Positions 52,058 to 60,874 of a stretch of DNA of 64,000 nucleotides are shown piece by piece. The position numbers were made by a program, and so were the translations under genes. The notes under the pieces are model-generated. The model was given only the letters and a program-made list of their open reading frames with translations. It searched no databases and was not told the DNA's origin. The stretch covers positions 1,205,528-1,269,527 of the forward strand of contig OY763420.1 in the NCBI GenBank assembly GCA_963667585.1. Direction: 5' to 3'. The first letter of the stretch is position 1, and the number at the start of each line of letters is the position of its first letter. The stretch is from an uncultured Dethiosulfovibrio sp. (GTDB lineage: Bacteria; Synergistota; Synergistia; Synergistales; Dethiosulfovibrionaceae).

Positions 52058-53551
52058 ATGAGTGAAGAGATTAAGAATCAAGTAGCGGAAGATATGACCA
52101 TGGAGCAGCTTTTGGAGAGCTCCGGGGGCCTCGAGGAGATTCACAGAGGCAAAGTGGTAACCGGGACCGTTGTGGAGCAGGCCGAAGGTGGCTGGCTTGT
52201 GGACGTTGGTTACAAGTGTGAGGGATTCCTTCCCACCAGGGAGTGGAGTCACCATATCCTTGTAGGCGACGGTGCAGAGCCTTCAATAGGTCAGGAGCTC
52301 CAGGTTCAGGTTGTCAACGTTCGCCAGGGAGAGGAATCTCAGCTGGTGGTAAGTCGCTGGCGTTGCGAATTCGACCGTCGTTGGCAGGAGCTTGAGGAGA
52401 CTATCGCCGATAAGGAGACCTTCTCCGTCAGAGGGCTTCGCAAGGTCAAGGGCGGTCTTATGGTTGACTGTTGCTCCCTTGAGGGATTCATTCCTATATC
52501 CCACCTCGCTGAGGAGGGAAGGGGCGTAAATCCCGGCAAGTTTATCGATGAGGTCTTCGACGTGAAACTTCTCGAGAAGGACCGTCGTAAGCGCCGTCTG
52601 GTTCTTTCCAGAAGGTCCATTCTCGATCAGGAGATCGCCGAGCAGCGGGACAACTTCTATAATGATGTCAAAGAGGGCACCGTTCTTGAAGGTACCGTCA
52701 GCAGTCTGACATCTTTCGGTGTTTTCGTGAATCTCGGTCCTATAGACGGACTTGTCCATATCAGTGAGCTTTCCTGGCACAGAAACGCCAAGCCTAAGGA
52801 CATAGTCAAAAAGGGTGATACCGTGAAGGTTAAGGTCATAGGCATAGACCACGATCACAACCGTATATCCCTGAGCATGAGACAGACCGAGACCGACCCA
52901 TGGGATACCGTTGAGGAGAGATGGAAGCCCGGCGAGAAGACCGTCGGTACCGTCACCAACGTCACCGATTTCGGTGCTTTCGTAGAGGTAGAGCCGGGAA
53001 TCGAGGGATTGGTTCATATCGGAGACCTTAGTTGGGCCAGGATCAAACATCCTAAAGAGGTAGTCAAAAAGGGACAGGAGCTGGAGACCGTGGTCCTCAG
53101 CGTCGACCCCGTAAAGAAAAGGCTTAGCCTCGGCTATAAACAGCTTAACGATCCATGGAACGGAATCGAGGACCGTTATAGCAAAGGACAGGATCTGCCT
53201 GTAACAGTGGTCCGCCTCGCCGATTTCGGTGCCTTCGTCGAGCTTGAAAAAGGCGTCGAGGGACTTATCCATATCTCTCAGCTCAGCAACAAGAGAGTCG
53301 ATAAGCCCGGAGATGTCCTCGCTGAGGGGCAGGAGATAACCGCACGGATCATCGAGGTAAACTCCAACGATCGCAGGATCAGGCTCAGCCTCAGTGCCCT
53401 TGAAGAGGGGGAGAAGAGGGAGAGACCGGCCCAGGCCGCTGGTGGCAGAAGAAAGAAATCCGATTCGGAGAAGCCTGTCTCCAACTTCCAGTCCGAGGAA
53501 GGCCCAATAACCTTGGGAGACGCCTTCGGAGATATATTCGACAGGAACTGA
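52058..53551 (+). CDS. rpsA: 30S ribosomal protein S1
   Basis: Repeated S1 domains (FGVFVNLG..DGLVHISELSW, FGAFVEV..GIEGLVHIGDLSW, FGAFVEL..GVEGLIHISQLS). Adjacent to ispH. Confidence 0.96.
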   Translation: MSEEIKNQVAEDMTMEQLLESSGGLEEIHRGKVVTGTVVEQAEGGWLVDVGYKCEGFLPTREWSHHILVGDGAEPSIGQELQVQVVNVRQGEESQLVVSRWRCEFDRRWQELEETIADKETFSVRGLRKVKGGLMVDCCSLEGFIPISHLAEEGRGVNPGKFIDEVFDVKLLEKDRRKRRLVLSRRSILDQEIAEQRDNFYNDVKEGTVLEGTVSSLTSFGVFVNLGPIDGLVHISELSWHRNAKPKDIVKKGDTVKVKVIGIDHDHNRISLSMRQTETDPWDTVEERWKPGEKTVGTVTNVTDFGAFVEVEPGIEGLVHIGDLSWARIKHPKEVVKKGQELETVVLSVDPVKKRLSLGYKQLNDPWNGIEDRYSKGQDLPVTVVRLADFGAFVELEKGVEGLIHISQLSNKRVDKPGDVLAEGQEITARIIEVNSNDRRIRLSLSALEEGEKRERPAQAAGGRRKKSDSEKPVSNFQSEEGPITLGDAFGDIFDRN

Positions 53552-53560
53552 CGTTCTATG

Positions 53561-53599
53561 CGACGCCACACTCCCATATCGGGGTGTGGCGTTGTTTTT
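53561..53599 (+). terminator. Intrinsic terminator after rpsA
   Basis: ACGCCACAC...GTGTGGCGT hairpin followed by TGTTTTT. Confidence 0.85.
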
Positions 53600-53649
53600 G
53601 TCTAAAAGTTATCTTCGAGGTTCCCTGAGAACGCTTAATTAAGGAGGAA

Positions 53650-54159
53650 TTGTGTTTGAAAGACCATTCTCTGAGGGTTTTTCCCGACCCTATATTGAGG
53701 AAAGAGACGAAAGCAATAGAGGTTTTTGATGAAGATTTTTTGCTTTTTGTTGATGAGCTTAAAAAACTTATGATAGAATATGATGGTGTCGGTCTGGCTT
53801 CTCCTCAGATTGGGGAGAGCCTGAAAGTAGCGGTTATTCTATACGAGGAGACTTACTACGTTCTCATAAACCCTACCATAGTGGAAAAAGAGGACGAGCA
53901 GAGGGATCAGGAGGGATGTCTTAGCTTCCCCGGGGTCTTCGAGGACATAACCAGACCTTACAGGGTAGTGGTAGAGGCTCAGGATGAGACAGGGGCCCCT
54001 AAGAGGATAGAGGCTGAAGGTTTTCTGGCCAGAGCGATGTGTCACGAGATAGACCATCTAAACGGCAAGCTGATGATAGATCATCTCTCGCCGATGAAGA
54101 GAGAGCTCATAAAGAAGAGATTGACAAAGCTAAAAAAAGAAGGCAACGAGGATTCATGA
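53650..54159 (+). CDS. def: Peptide deformylase
   Basis: GVGLASPQIG, EGCLS, HEIDH. Confidence 0.97.
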   Translation: MCLKDHSLRVFPDPILRKETKAIEVFDEDFLLFVDELKKLMIEYDGVGLASPQIGESLKVAVILYEETYYVLINPTIVEKEDEQRDQEGCLSFPGVFEDITRPYRVVVEAQDETGAPKRIEAEGFLARAMCHEIDHLNGKLMIDHLSPMKRELIKKRLTKLKKEGNEDS

Positions 54160-55088
54160 TAACCTGGTTTATGGGTACCGGTTTTTTTGCCTCCCACTGT
54201 CTTAGGTCGTTAGTCCAGGCCGGTCTCAGTCCCGATTTGGTCGTTACAATGCCACCTAGGCCTTCCGGAAGGAGGGGGATGAACGAATCCCCGACTCTCG
54301 TCGAGTCCACTGCGTCGGACCTGTCTTTGAACCTTCATAGGTCTTCAAAGGTTAACTCCGATACCTACCTGTTGGACAGAATGAAAAACGAGACCCCCGA
54401 CTGTATCTTCGTGGTGGACTTCGGTCAAAAAATAGGGGAGCCCTACCTCTCCACCCCCAGAGGAGGCTGTCTGAACGTCCATCCTTCCTTGCTGCCCCTT
54501 TATAGAGGAGCTGCTCCTGTCCAAAGGGCTATTATGGAGGGACAGAGTGAGACAGGAATTACGGTTTTCCGTCTAGTGGAGGAGATGGACGCCGGGCCTA
54601 TGGTTATCCAAGAGAGAGCCTCCATAGGGGAGAACGAGACCTCAGGAGAGCTTCTATTCCGACTTGCATACATGGGTGGCGTTTTGCTTTTCAGAGGGGT
54701 ACAATTGATCTTAGATAAAGAGATCCTCCTTCAACCTCAAAATTCGCTAATAGCCACATATGCGACAAAAATAGACAAAAAAGAGGCCCTTCTATCCTGG
54801 AATTTGTCCGCAAGGTCCATCCATTGCAAAGTTAGAGCTTTAAATCCTTCTCCAGGAGCTTATTTCTATATCCAAGGACGTAGAGTAAAAATATGGAGCA
54901 CCGAGGTGGCAGACGTCATGCAGGGAATGTCTGGAGTTCTATCTATCGACGACTCCGGTTTTCCCGTGGTAAAGTGTTCCTCCGGTGCCGTGAGGTTGCT
55001 GGAGGTACAGCCGGAGGGCAAAAAGAGGCTCACTGGAGTTGAATGGGTTAGAGGAAGCCAGCTCTCGGAAGGGGAGATTCTTTCATGA
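54156..55088 (+). CDS. fmt: Methionyl-tRNA formyltransferase (start moved from 54039 to 54156)
   Basis: FMGT, VVT.P.RP.GR, NVHPSLLPLYRGAAP, MDAGP, RALNPSPGA, VQPEGKK. ATGA overlap with def. Confidence 0.95.
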   Translation: MITWFMGTGFFASHCLRSLVQAGLSPDLVVTMPPRPSGRRGMNESPTLVESTASDLSLNLHRSSKVNSDTYLLDRMKNETPDCIFVVDFGQKIGEPYLSTPRGGCLNVHPSLLPLYRGAAPVQRAIMEGQSETGITVFRLVEEMDAGPMVIQERASIGENETSGELLFRLAYMGGVLLFRGVQLILDKEILLQPQNSLIATYATKIDKKEALLSWNLSARSIHCKVRALNPSPGAYFYIQGRRVKIWSTEVADVMQGMSGVLSIDDSGFPVVKCSSGAVRLLEVQPEGKKRLTGVEWVRGSQLSEGEILS

Positions 55089-55879
55089 TCGAGAACAGGG
55101 AACGGTTTGCTGCCCTTATAAAAAAACATCGCTGGCCGAAGGCGGTGGCGGTTACAGGGGCTTTAGGATCTGGAAAGACGGAATGGGTGCTTAACCTGGC
55201 CTTGGGCTTCAGCTCTATAGGAGAGAAGGTAACCATCGCCGATGTGGATATAATAAACCCCTATTTTTGCGTTCGTCAGGTCTCCGATACCCTGGAAAAC
55301 CAGGGATTCAAGGTTTTAACCGCGCCGGATAAAGCAAAGTGGATAGATATGCCCCTTGTTACCGCCGAGGTGGATTGGGCTCTCTCCGAGCCCGAAGGCA
55401 GGCTTCTCCTAGATGTAGGAGGGGATGCCGAGGGGGCCTTGGCCCTCAAAAAGTACAGAGATAGGATGATATCCGCGGGATATCTGCTTATATTGGTGGT
55501 AAACTCTTACAGGCCGATGACCTCTACCGTCGAGGGGATCTCTACGATGAGAAGACGGATGGAGGAGATAGGGGGCTTAAAGGTAGGGGCTATCCTGTCG
55601 AATTCTCACCTCATGTCCGAGACCACTATGGATACTGTCACAGAGGGGTTGAAGTTAGTGGAGGCGGCGGGAAAAGAGCTGGAGCTTCCGGTGCTCTACG
55701 CCGGAGTGCCGCCTCACCTTTACGGTGAGGCGGAGACTAGTCTCTCAACAGGGGAGGTCTCTCCTTGGCCGGTTTCCAGGTATATGCTTCTTCCATGGGA
55801 GAAAGGTGCCATGTGGTCCACCGGTCTCCCGTCTAAAAACCATGGAGCTCGAATCCTCCGTCAGGGGGCTGCCAAATAG
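55085..55879 (+). CDS. Uncharacterised P-loop NTPase (MinD/ParA/CobQ-like)
   Basis: GALGSGKT (Walker A), IADVDIINPYF, LDVGGD, LVVNSYRP, SNSHL. Confidence 0.75.
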   Translation: MIENRERFAALIKKHRWPKAVAVTGALGSGKTEWVLNLALGFSSIGEKVTIADVDIINPYFCVRQVSDTLENQGFKVLTAPDKAKWIDMPLVTAEVDWALSEPEGRLLLDVGGDAEGALALKKYRDRMISAGYLLILVVNSYRPMTSTVEGISTMRRRMEEIGGLKVGAILSNSHLMSETTMDTVTEGLKLVEAAGKELELPVLYAGVPPHLYGEAETSLSTGEVSPWPVSRYMLLPWEKGAMWSTGLPSKNHGARILRQGAAK

Positions 55880-55925
55880 AGCTGTTATAAAAGCGATAAA
55901 AAACGCGAGAGGGGTGTTGTAGCTC

Positions 55926-56141
55926 ATGGCAAAAGGGCGAATTGAAATCGCCGAGGAGTACTGCAAAAGCTGTGGAGTCTGTGTCGTTGCATGTCCCGTT
56001 AAGGTGCTTCGTATTTCCGATCATCTTAACGCAAAAGGACACAGGCCGGTGGAGCAGTATAAGGATGGCTGTATAGGGTGCGGGATGTGCGCTATTTCCT
56101 GTCCCGATGCGGTCATAGAGGTCTATAAGACCACCGACTAG
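55926..56141 (+). CDS. 2x[4Fe-4S] ferredoxin-like delta subunit of 2-oxoacid:ferredoxin oxidoreductase
   Basis: CKSCGVCVVACP and CIGCGMCAISCP. Confidence 0.92.
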   Translation: MAKGRIEIAEEYCKSCGVCVVACPVKVLRISDHLNAKGHRPVEQYKDGCIGCGMCAISCPDAVIEVYKTTD

Positions 56142-56156
56142 AGAGGAGGAGAACAT

Positions 56157-57209
56157 ATGGCGAAGGTGTTAATGAAAGGAACTGAGGCTATAGCCGAGGC
56201 TGCTATTCAGGCTGGATGCAGATACTTCTTCGGTTATCCTATAACTCCTCAGAACGAGATACCGGAGTACATGTCCGCCCATCTCCCTGAGTACGGTGGG
56301 GTTTACATTCAGGGAGAGAGCGAGGTCGCGTCGGTAAACATGATTCTCGGTGCAGCTGCCACCGGGCACATGGTTATGACGACCTCCTCCAGTCCGGGAA
56401 TATCCCTTATGTCCGAGGGGCTTAGCTACCTGGCGGGATCGGAACTTCCCGCCGTGCTGGTCAACGTTATGAGAGGTGGTCCCGGTCTCGGTGGGATTCT
56501 TCCCTCTCAGGCGGACTATCTTCAGGCCACCAAAGGCGGTGGAAACGGCGACTATAATCTTATGGTCTTCGCCCCAAGCACCTTGCAGGAGGCTGTGGAG
56601 GTAGTGCAGTCGGCCTGGGACTATGCTTTCAAGTATCGTAATCCTGTGATGATCCTGGCCGACGGCTTTATGGGACAGATGATGGAGCCGGTGGAGATAA
56701 CCCCTCACGAAACCGACAGGGGAGACTGGAAAAGCTGGGGACTGGGCAACAAAGGCACCAGGGAAAGCAGGAGCTTGATAAAGAGCATGAACCTGACCCC
56801 CGAGCTTTTGGAGGCCCATAACGATAAGCTCCAGGCAAAGTATGACAGAATGAAAAAAGAGGACACCAAATGGGAGGAATTCAATCTAGACGATGCGGAG
56901 CTGGTCATAGCTGCCTACGGTACTACCGCCAGAATAGCTAAGTCGGCGATCTCCCATCTGAGAGAAGAGGGATACAAAGTAGGCATGATAAGGCCTATAA
57001 CCCTCTTCCCCTTCCCTTACGAGCCCTTTGAGAAGCTCACCGAAAAGGTCAGCCACGTCCTGGATATAGAGATGAACATGGGGCAGATGGTGGACGACGT
57101 AAAGGTGGCCACCGGCTGTCGTTTTCCGGTCAGTTTCTACGGTCGCTGCGGTGGAGTAGCTCCCTCGGTCGAAGAGATCGAAGAGCAGTGCAGAAAAATT
57201 CTGGGATAG
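56157..57209 (+). CDS. 2-oxoacid:ferredoxin oxidoreductase alpha subunit (VorB/KorA-like)
   Basis: FFGYPITPQNE, QGESEVAS, TTSSSPGISL, RGGPGLG, IRPITLFPFP. Substrate cannot be assigned from sequence. Confidence 0.93.
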   Translation: MAKVLMKGTEAIAEAAIQAGCRYFFGYPITPQNEIPEYMSAHLPEYGGVYIQGESEVASVNMILGAAATGHMVMTTSSSPGISLMSEGLSYLAGSELPAVLVNVMRGGPGLGGILPSQADYLQATKGGGNGDYNLMVFAPSTLQEAVEVVQSAWDYAFKYRNPVMILADGFMGQMMEPVEITPHETDRGDWKSWGLGNKGTRESRSLIKSMNLTPELLEAHNDKLQAKYDRMKKEDTKWEEFNLDDAELVIAAYGTTARIAKSAISHLREEGYKVGMIRPITLFPFPYEPFEKLTEKVSHVLDIEMNMGQMVDDVKVATGCRFPVSFYGRCGGVAPSVEEIEEQCRKILG

Positions 57210-57221
57210 GGGGATATCGTT

Positions 57222-57968
57222 ATGGCTGAGACAAAGGTATATTCTCGTCCTGAAAGCCTGAAGAGGGACGTTCACACCCACTACTGTCCGGGTTGTGGGC
57301 ACGGTATCGCCCACAGGATGATCTGTGAGGTTATAGACGAGATGGGCATCCAAAACGAGACGGTCAGTATGTCTCCTGTAGGATGTGCCGCTATGATGTA
57401 CGACTACATCGATATCGATTACGTTGAGGCGGCCCACGGCAGGGCTCCTGCTACTGCCACAGGCATAAAAAGGGTCCTGCCCGATAAGTTTGTGTTCACA
57501 TATCAGGGAGACGGAGATCTCGCCTCCATCGGTATGGCGGAGATAGTTCACGCCGCAAACAGAGGGGAAAAGTTTACAACCTTCTTCATAAACAACGCCA
57601 TATACGGCATGACCGGAGGACAGATGGCTCCTACAACCCTGATAGGTCAGAGAGCCACAACCTGCCCTAAGGGAAGGGACCCGGAGCTTTCGGGCTTTCC
57701 CATAAGGATGTGCGAGATGCTGGCGACCTTAGAGACCCCCGCCTACATAGAGAGGGTGTCTCTAGCTAAGCCTAAGTACATAATGCAGGCTAAGAAAGCC
57801 TTCCAGAAGGCCTTCCGCTATCAGAAGGAGGGCAGGGGATTCTGCTTTATAGAGGTTCTCTCTACCTGTCCCACAAACTGGGGAATGAACCCGGTGGAGG
57901 CTTTCGACTGGCAGATAGAGAAGATGATGCCCTGTTTCCCTCTAGGCGTCTTCAAGGACTTCGAGTAA
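57222..57968 (+). CDS. 2-oxoacid:ferredoxin oxidoreductase beta subunit (TPP-binding)
   Basis: YCPGCGHG, VGC, HGRA, QGDGDLASIG...NNAIYGMTGGQ (TPP motif), CPTNW. Confidence 0.93.
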   Translation: MAETKVYSRPESLKRDVHTHYCPGCGHGIAHRMICEVIDEMGIQNETVSMSPVGCAAMMYDYIDIDYVEAAHGRAPATATGIKRVLPDKFVFTYQGDGDLASIGMAEIVHAANRGEKFTTFFINNAIYGMTGGQMAPTTLIGQRATTCPKGRDPELSGFPIRMCEMLATLETPAYIERVSLAKPKYIMQAKKAFQKAFRYQKEGRGFCFIEVLSTCPTNWGMNPVEAFDWQIEKMMPCFPLGVFKDFE

Positions 57969-57982
57969 GGAGGACTGGAGAT

Positions 57983-58543
57983 ATGTCCAATCAATTCTAC
58001 ATGGATCTCCTAGCCGCAGGCTTTGGGGGACAGGGAATAATGATGCTCGGTCAGCTGATAGCCTACTCAGGTATCCATCAGGGTCGATACGTTACCTGGA
58101 TTCCCGCCTATGGCCCTGAGATGAGAGGCGGTACTGCCAACTGCTCCTGCGTGGTAAGCAGCCAGGAGATAGGATCTCCGGTTGTCGGTCAGGCCGACGT
58201 GGTGGTGGTCATGAATCAGCCATCGCTGGATAAATTTGAGCCAAGGGTGAAGCCCGGTGGCTTTCTCCTGTACGATAGCGATCTGGTAAAATATGAGGTG
58301 CCAAGAGAGGATATCACCGTTATCCCAGTCCCAGCTAAGATGATAGCCCACGAGCTCGGCAGCGAGAAAGTGGCCAACATTGTGATGTTAGGGGCCATAG
58401 TCAAGGCTACTGGGATAGTGTCCGAATCGGACTGTCTCGACACCATAAAAGAGAAGCTGGGAGCGAAGAAACCTCAGTTTTTGCCTATGAACCTGGACGC
58501 TTTCGATAAAGGTATATCCATCGCCCAGGAGCATTTAGGCTAA
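57983..58543 (+). CDS. 2-oxoacid:ferredoxin oxidoreductase gamma subunit
   Basis: AGFGGQGIM, PAYGPEMRGGTANC, ANIVMLGA. Confidence 0.93.
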   Translation: MSNQFYMDLLAAGFGGQGIMMLGQLIAYSGIHQGRYVTWIPAYGPEMRGGTANCSCVVSSQEIGSPVVGQADVVVVMNQPSLDKFEPRVKPGGFLLYDSDLVKYEVPREDITVIPVPAKMIAHELGSEKVANIVMLGAIVKATGIVSESDCLDTIKEKLGAKKPQFLPMNLDAFDKGISIAQEHLG

Positions 58544-58548
58544 GGCTT

Positions 58549-59091
58549 ATGGATCTTGGAGAGAGAACCTTAAGCACCGAGGTTCTGTATCGCGGGAAGG
58601 TCCTGGATCTTCACGTCGATCAGGTGGAGCTGCCGGGGGGCAGAGTTACATCTAGGGAGGCGGTACGCCACTCTCCTGCGGTAGCCGTTGTGGCGGTCGA
58701 AGGGGACAAGGTCTACCTTGTCAGACAGTTTCGTCATGCTGTCGGCGATTTTATCCTCGAGATTCCCGCAGGGATAGTCGAGGCCGGCGAGACCCCTCTA
58801 CAGACCGCGGCCAGAGAGATCCAGGAGGAAATCGCCATGAAGGCGGAGAACCTCGAGGAGATAGGAAGGATATATACCTCTCCAGGTTTTTGCGACGAGG
58901 AAATAGTTCTCTTCTGGGCTGAAGGACTCTCGCCCTCCAGGTTGCCAGCGGACGACGACGAGTTTATACAGGTGGAAAAGGTCCCTTTAAGCCAGGTTTG
59001 GTCCATGATCGACGACGGGGTTATCAAAGACGGTAAAACCGTAGTCGCTCTTTACCGTATGGCACTAAAGGGGAAAATAGCATATCATTGA
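58549..59091 (+). CDS. Nudix hydrolase, ADP-ribose pyrophosphatase-like
   Basis: VRQFRHAV, EIPAGIVEAGETPLQTAAREIQEE (Nudix box), SPGFCDE, IKDGKT. Confidence 0.92.
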   Translation: MDLGERTLSTEVLYRGKVLDLHVDQVELPGGRVTSREAVRHSPAVAVVAVEGDKVYLVRQFRHAVGDFILEIPAGIVEAGETPLQTAAREIQEEIAMKAENLEEIGRIYTSPGFCDEEIVLFWAEGLSPSRLPADDDEFIQVEKVPLSQVWSMIDDGVIKDGKTVVALYRMALKGKIAYH

Positions 59092-60038
59092 GGGGGGCCT
59101 GTGCCTCCCTCAATTTTTTAGGACAGGGTGACCGAATGAGATCCTTTGGCGATATTTTAGCTTCTTTTATTGATTATCTGTCCCTGGAGAGAGGATACAG
59201 CGATAACACCGTCACGGCCTATCGGAGAGATGTACTGCAGTGGAAGGTTTTCTGCGAAAAGAAAGAGGACGATTGTTTCCGACCGTCGGAGGGACTTTAC
59301 GACCTATACGTCATGAAGCTAAGGCGGGAAGGCTTGGCCGATTCCTCCGTCCAGAGAAAGTGTTCCTCCGTAAGGACCTGGGTGCGTTTTCTGGTTATAG
59401 AGGGACACATACCCGACGATTTTACCCTCCCTGGACTTCCGTCCAGACCTAAAAAACTACCTCAGATACTGACGGAAGGGGAGATGGATAGGCTCTTTAA
59501 AAGCTGTGACGACGACCCTAATTTCTATATGGGGCTAAGGGATAGGGCTATTATCGAGGTACTCTACGGGTGTGGCCTGAGGGCTTCGGAGCTGTGCGGA
59601 CTTTCCCTAAAGGACATAAGGCAGGATCCAGGAGCCCTTTTTGTGCTGGGAAAGGGCGGAAAGGAACGGATGGTCCCTTTAGTGGGCAGCGCCAGGAGAT
59701 GGATGGATAAATACCTCTCCCATGGCAGACCTCTAAAGGATAGATCCGAGACGGATCGGGTCTTTCTGTCCATAAGAGGAGGCCCTCTCAGGAGGGAATC
59801 CCTATGGAGGATTATAAAGAGCAGAGGAAAGTTGGCCGGTATTTCCTCCGCCAGACTCCACCCTCACGTCATACGGCATACCGTAGCCAGTCACCTTTTG
59901 AGGAGGGGGATGGATCTCCGAACCCTCCAGGAGTTTTTAGGACATAGCTCTATAGATACGACGGAGAAATACCTTCACTTCGATCTGGAACTTAGGGATG
60001 TTTACGACTCAAGCCATCCCAGAGCAAAATACACGTAG
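59088..60038 (+). CDS. xerD: Chromosomal XerD-like tyrosine recombinase (alternative start 59136)
   Basis: YLSLERGYSDNTVTAYRRD, LYGCGLRASEL, GKGGKERMVP, HPHVIRH, LGHSSIDTTEKY. The nudF-xerD-punA-pdp order is Firmicutes-like. Confidence 0.85.
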   Translation: MRGACASLNFLGQGDRMRSFGDILASFIDYLSLERGYSDNTVTAYRRDVLQWKVFCEKKEDDCFRPSEGLYDLYVMKLRREGLADSSVQRKCSSVRTWVRFLVIEGHIPDDFTLPGLPSRPKKLPQILTEGEMDRLFKSCDDDPNFYMGLRDRAIIEVLYGCGLRASELCGLSLKDIRQDPGALFVLGKGGKERMVPLVGSARRWMDKYLSHGRPLKDRSETDRVFLSIRGGPLRRESLWRIIKSRGKLAGISSARLHPHVIRHTVASHLLRRGMDLRTLQEFLGHSSIDTTEKYLHFDLELRDVYDSSHPRAKYT

Positions 60039-60053
60039 AAGGAGGATTTTAGA

Positions 60054-60869
60054 GTGATAAAAAAGATAGACGAGGCCCTGGAGGTCATAAAGAGCAAGAT
60101 AGGTGGAGTTCCTGACGTAGCGGTAGTTCTCGGTTCAGGATTAGGCGGTCTGGCGGAGTACATAGAGGATAAGGTGATAATACCCTACGAGGAGATTCCT
60201 CACTGGCCTCTTTCCACCGCCCCTGGTCACGCTGGACGGCTGGTAGCCGGTAAGTTTGGTGGCAAATCGGTGGTGGCGATGCAGGGCAGATTACACGTTT
60301 ACGAAGGATACTCTATGGACCAGGTCGTGTTTCCCGTCAGGGTGTTCGCAAGGTGGGGGATCGGCCATTTTATCGCGTCCAACGCCAGCGGAGGAATAGG
60401 CTACGGTCTGATGCCCGGGGATATGGTTTTGATCCACGATCACATAAATATGATGGGCAAAAACCCCCTTATCGGCCCTAACATACCGGAGCTCGGAGAG
60501 AGGTTTCCCGATATGACCTACGCTTACAACAGGGACCTGCTGGATTTAGCTGAGGATGTCGCTAGGTCCCACAACCTCACCACTCGAAGAGGGGTTTACG
60601 TCGCCTTCACCGGACCGTCCTACGAGACCCCTGCTGAGATCCGTATGGCCAGAGTTTTTGGGGCCGACGTAGTCGGAATGTCGACGGTCCCGGAGGTGTT
60701 GATCGCTCACCACGGAGGCATGAAGGTTTTAGCCGTATCCTGCGTGGCTAACTACGCCGCTGGAATGACGTCGAATCCTCTATCGGAACAGGAGGTTTTA
60801 GACGAGATGGCAAAGGCCGCCGACGATCTGACCACCTTGGTGGCCGGAGTGATCGAACAGATTAGGTAG
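60054..60869 (+). CDS. punA: Purine nucleoside phosphorylase (trimeric type)
   Basis: VLGSGLG, PGHAG, QGRLHVYEG, SNASGG, GPSYETPAE, VGMSTVPE. Confidence 0.95.
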   Translation: MIKKIDEALEVIKSKIGGVPDVAVVLGSGLGGLAEYIEDKVIIPYEEIPHWPLSTAPGHAGRLVAGKFGGKSVVAMQGRLHVYEGYSMDQVVFPVRVFARWGIGHFIASNASGGIGYGLMPGDMVLIHDHINMMGKNPLIGPNIPELGERFPDMTYAYNRDLLDLAEDVARSHNLTTRRGVYVAFTGPSYETPAEIRMARVFGADVVGMSTVPEVLIAHHGGMKVLAVSCVANYAAGMTSNPLSEQEVLDEMAKAADDLTTLVAGVIEQIR

Positions 60870-60874
60870 CCCTC

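Noticed and set aside
52283-53569. 428-aa antisense ORF opposite rpsA
   Set aside because: It mirrors the rpsA frame. Biased codon use in a highly expressed, repetitive gene suppresses antisense stops. It has no motifs or SD.
59088-60038. XerD-like gene as a mobile-element integrase
   Set aside because: It has full-length XerD architecture and sits in a housekeeping nudF-xerD-punA-pdp context with overlapping neighbours.
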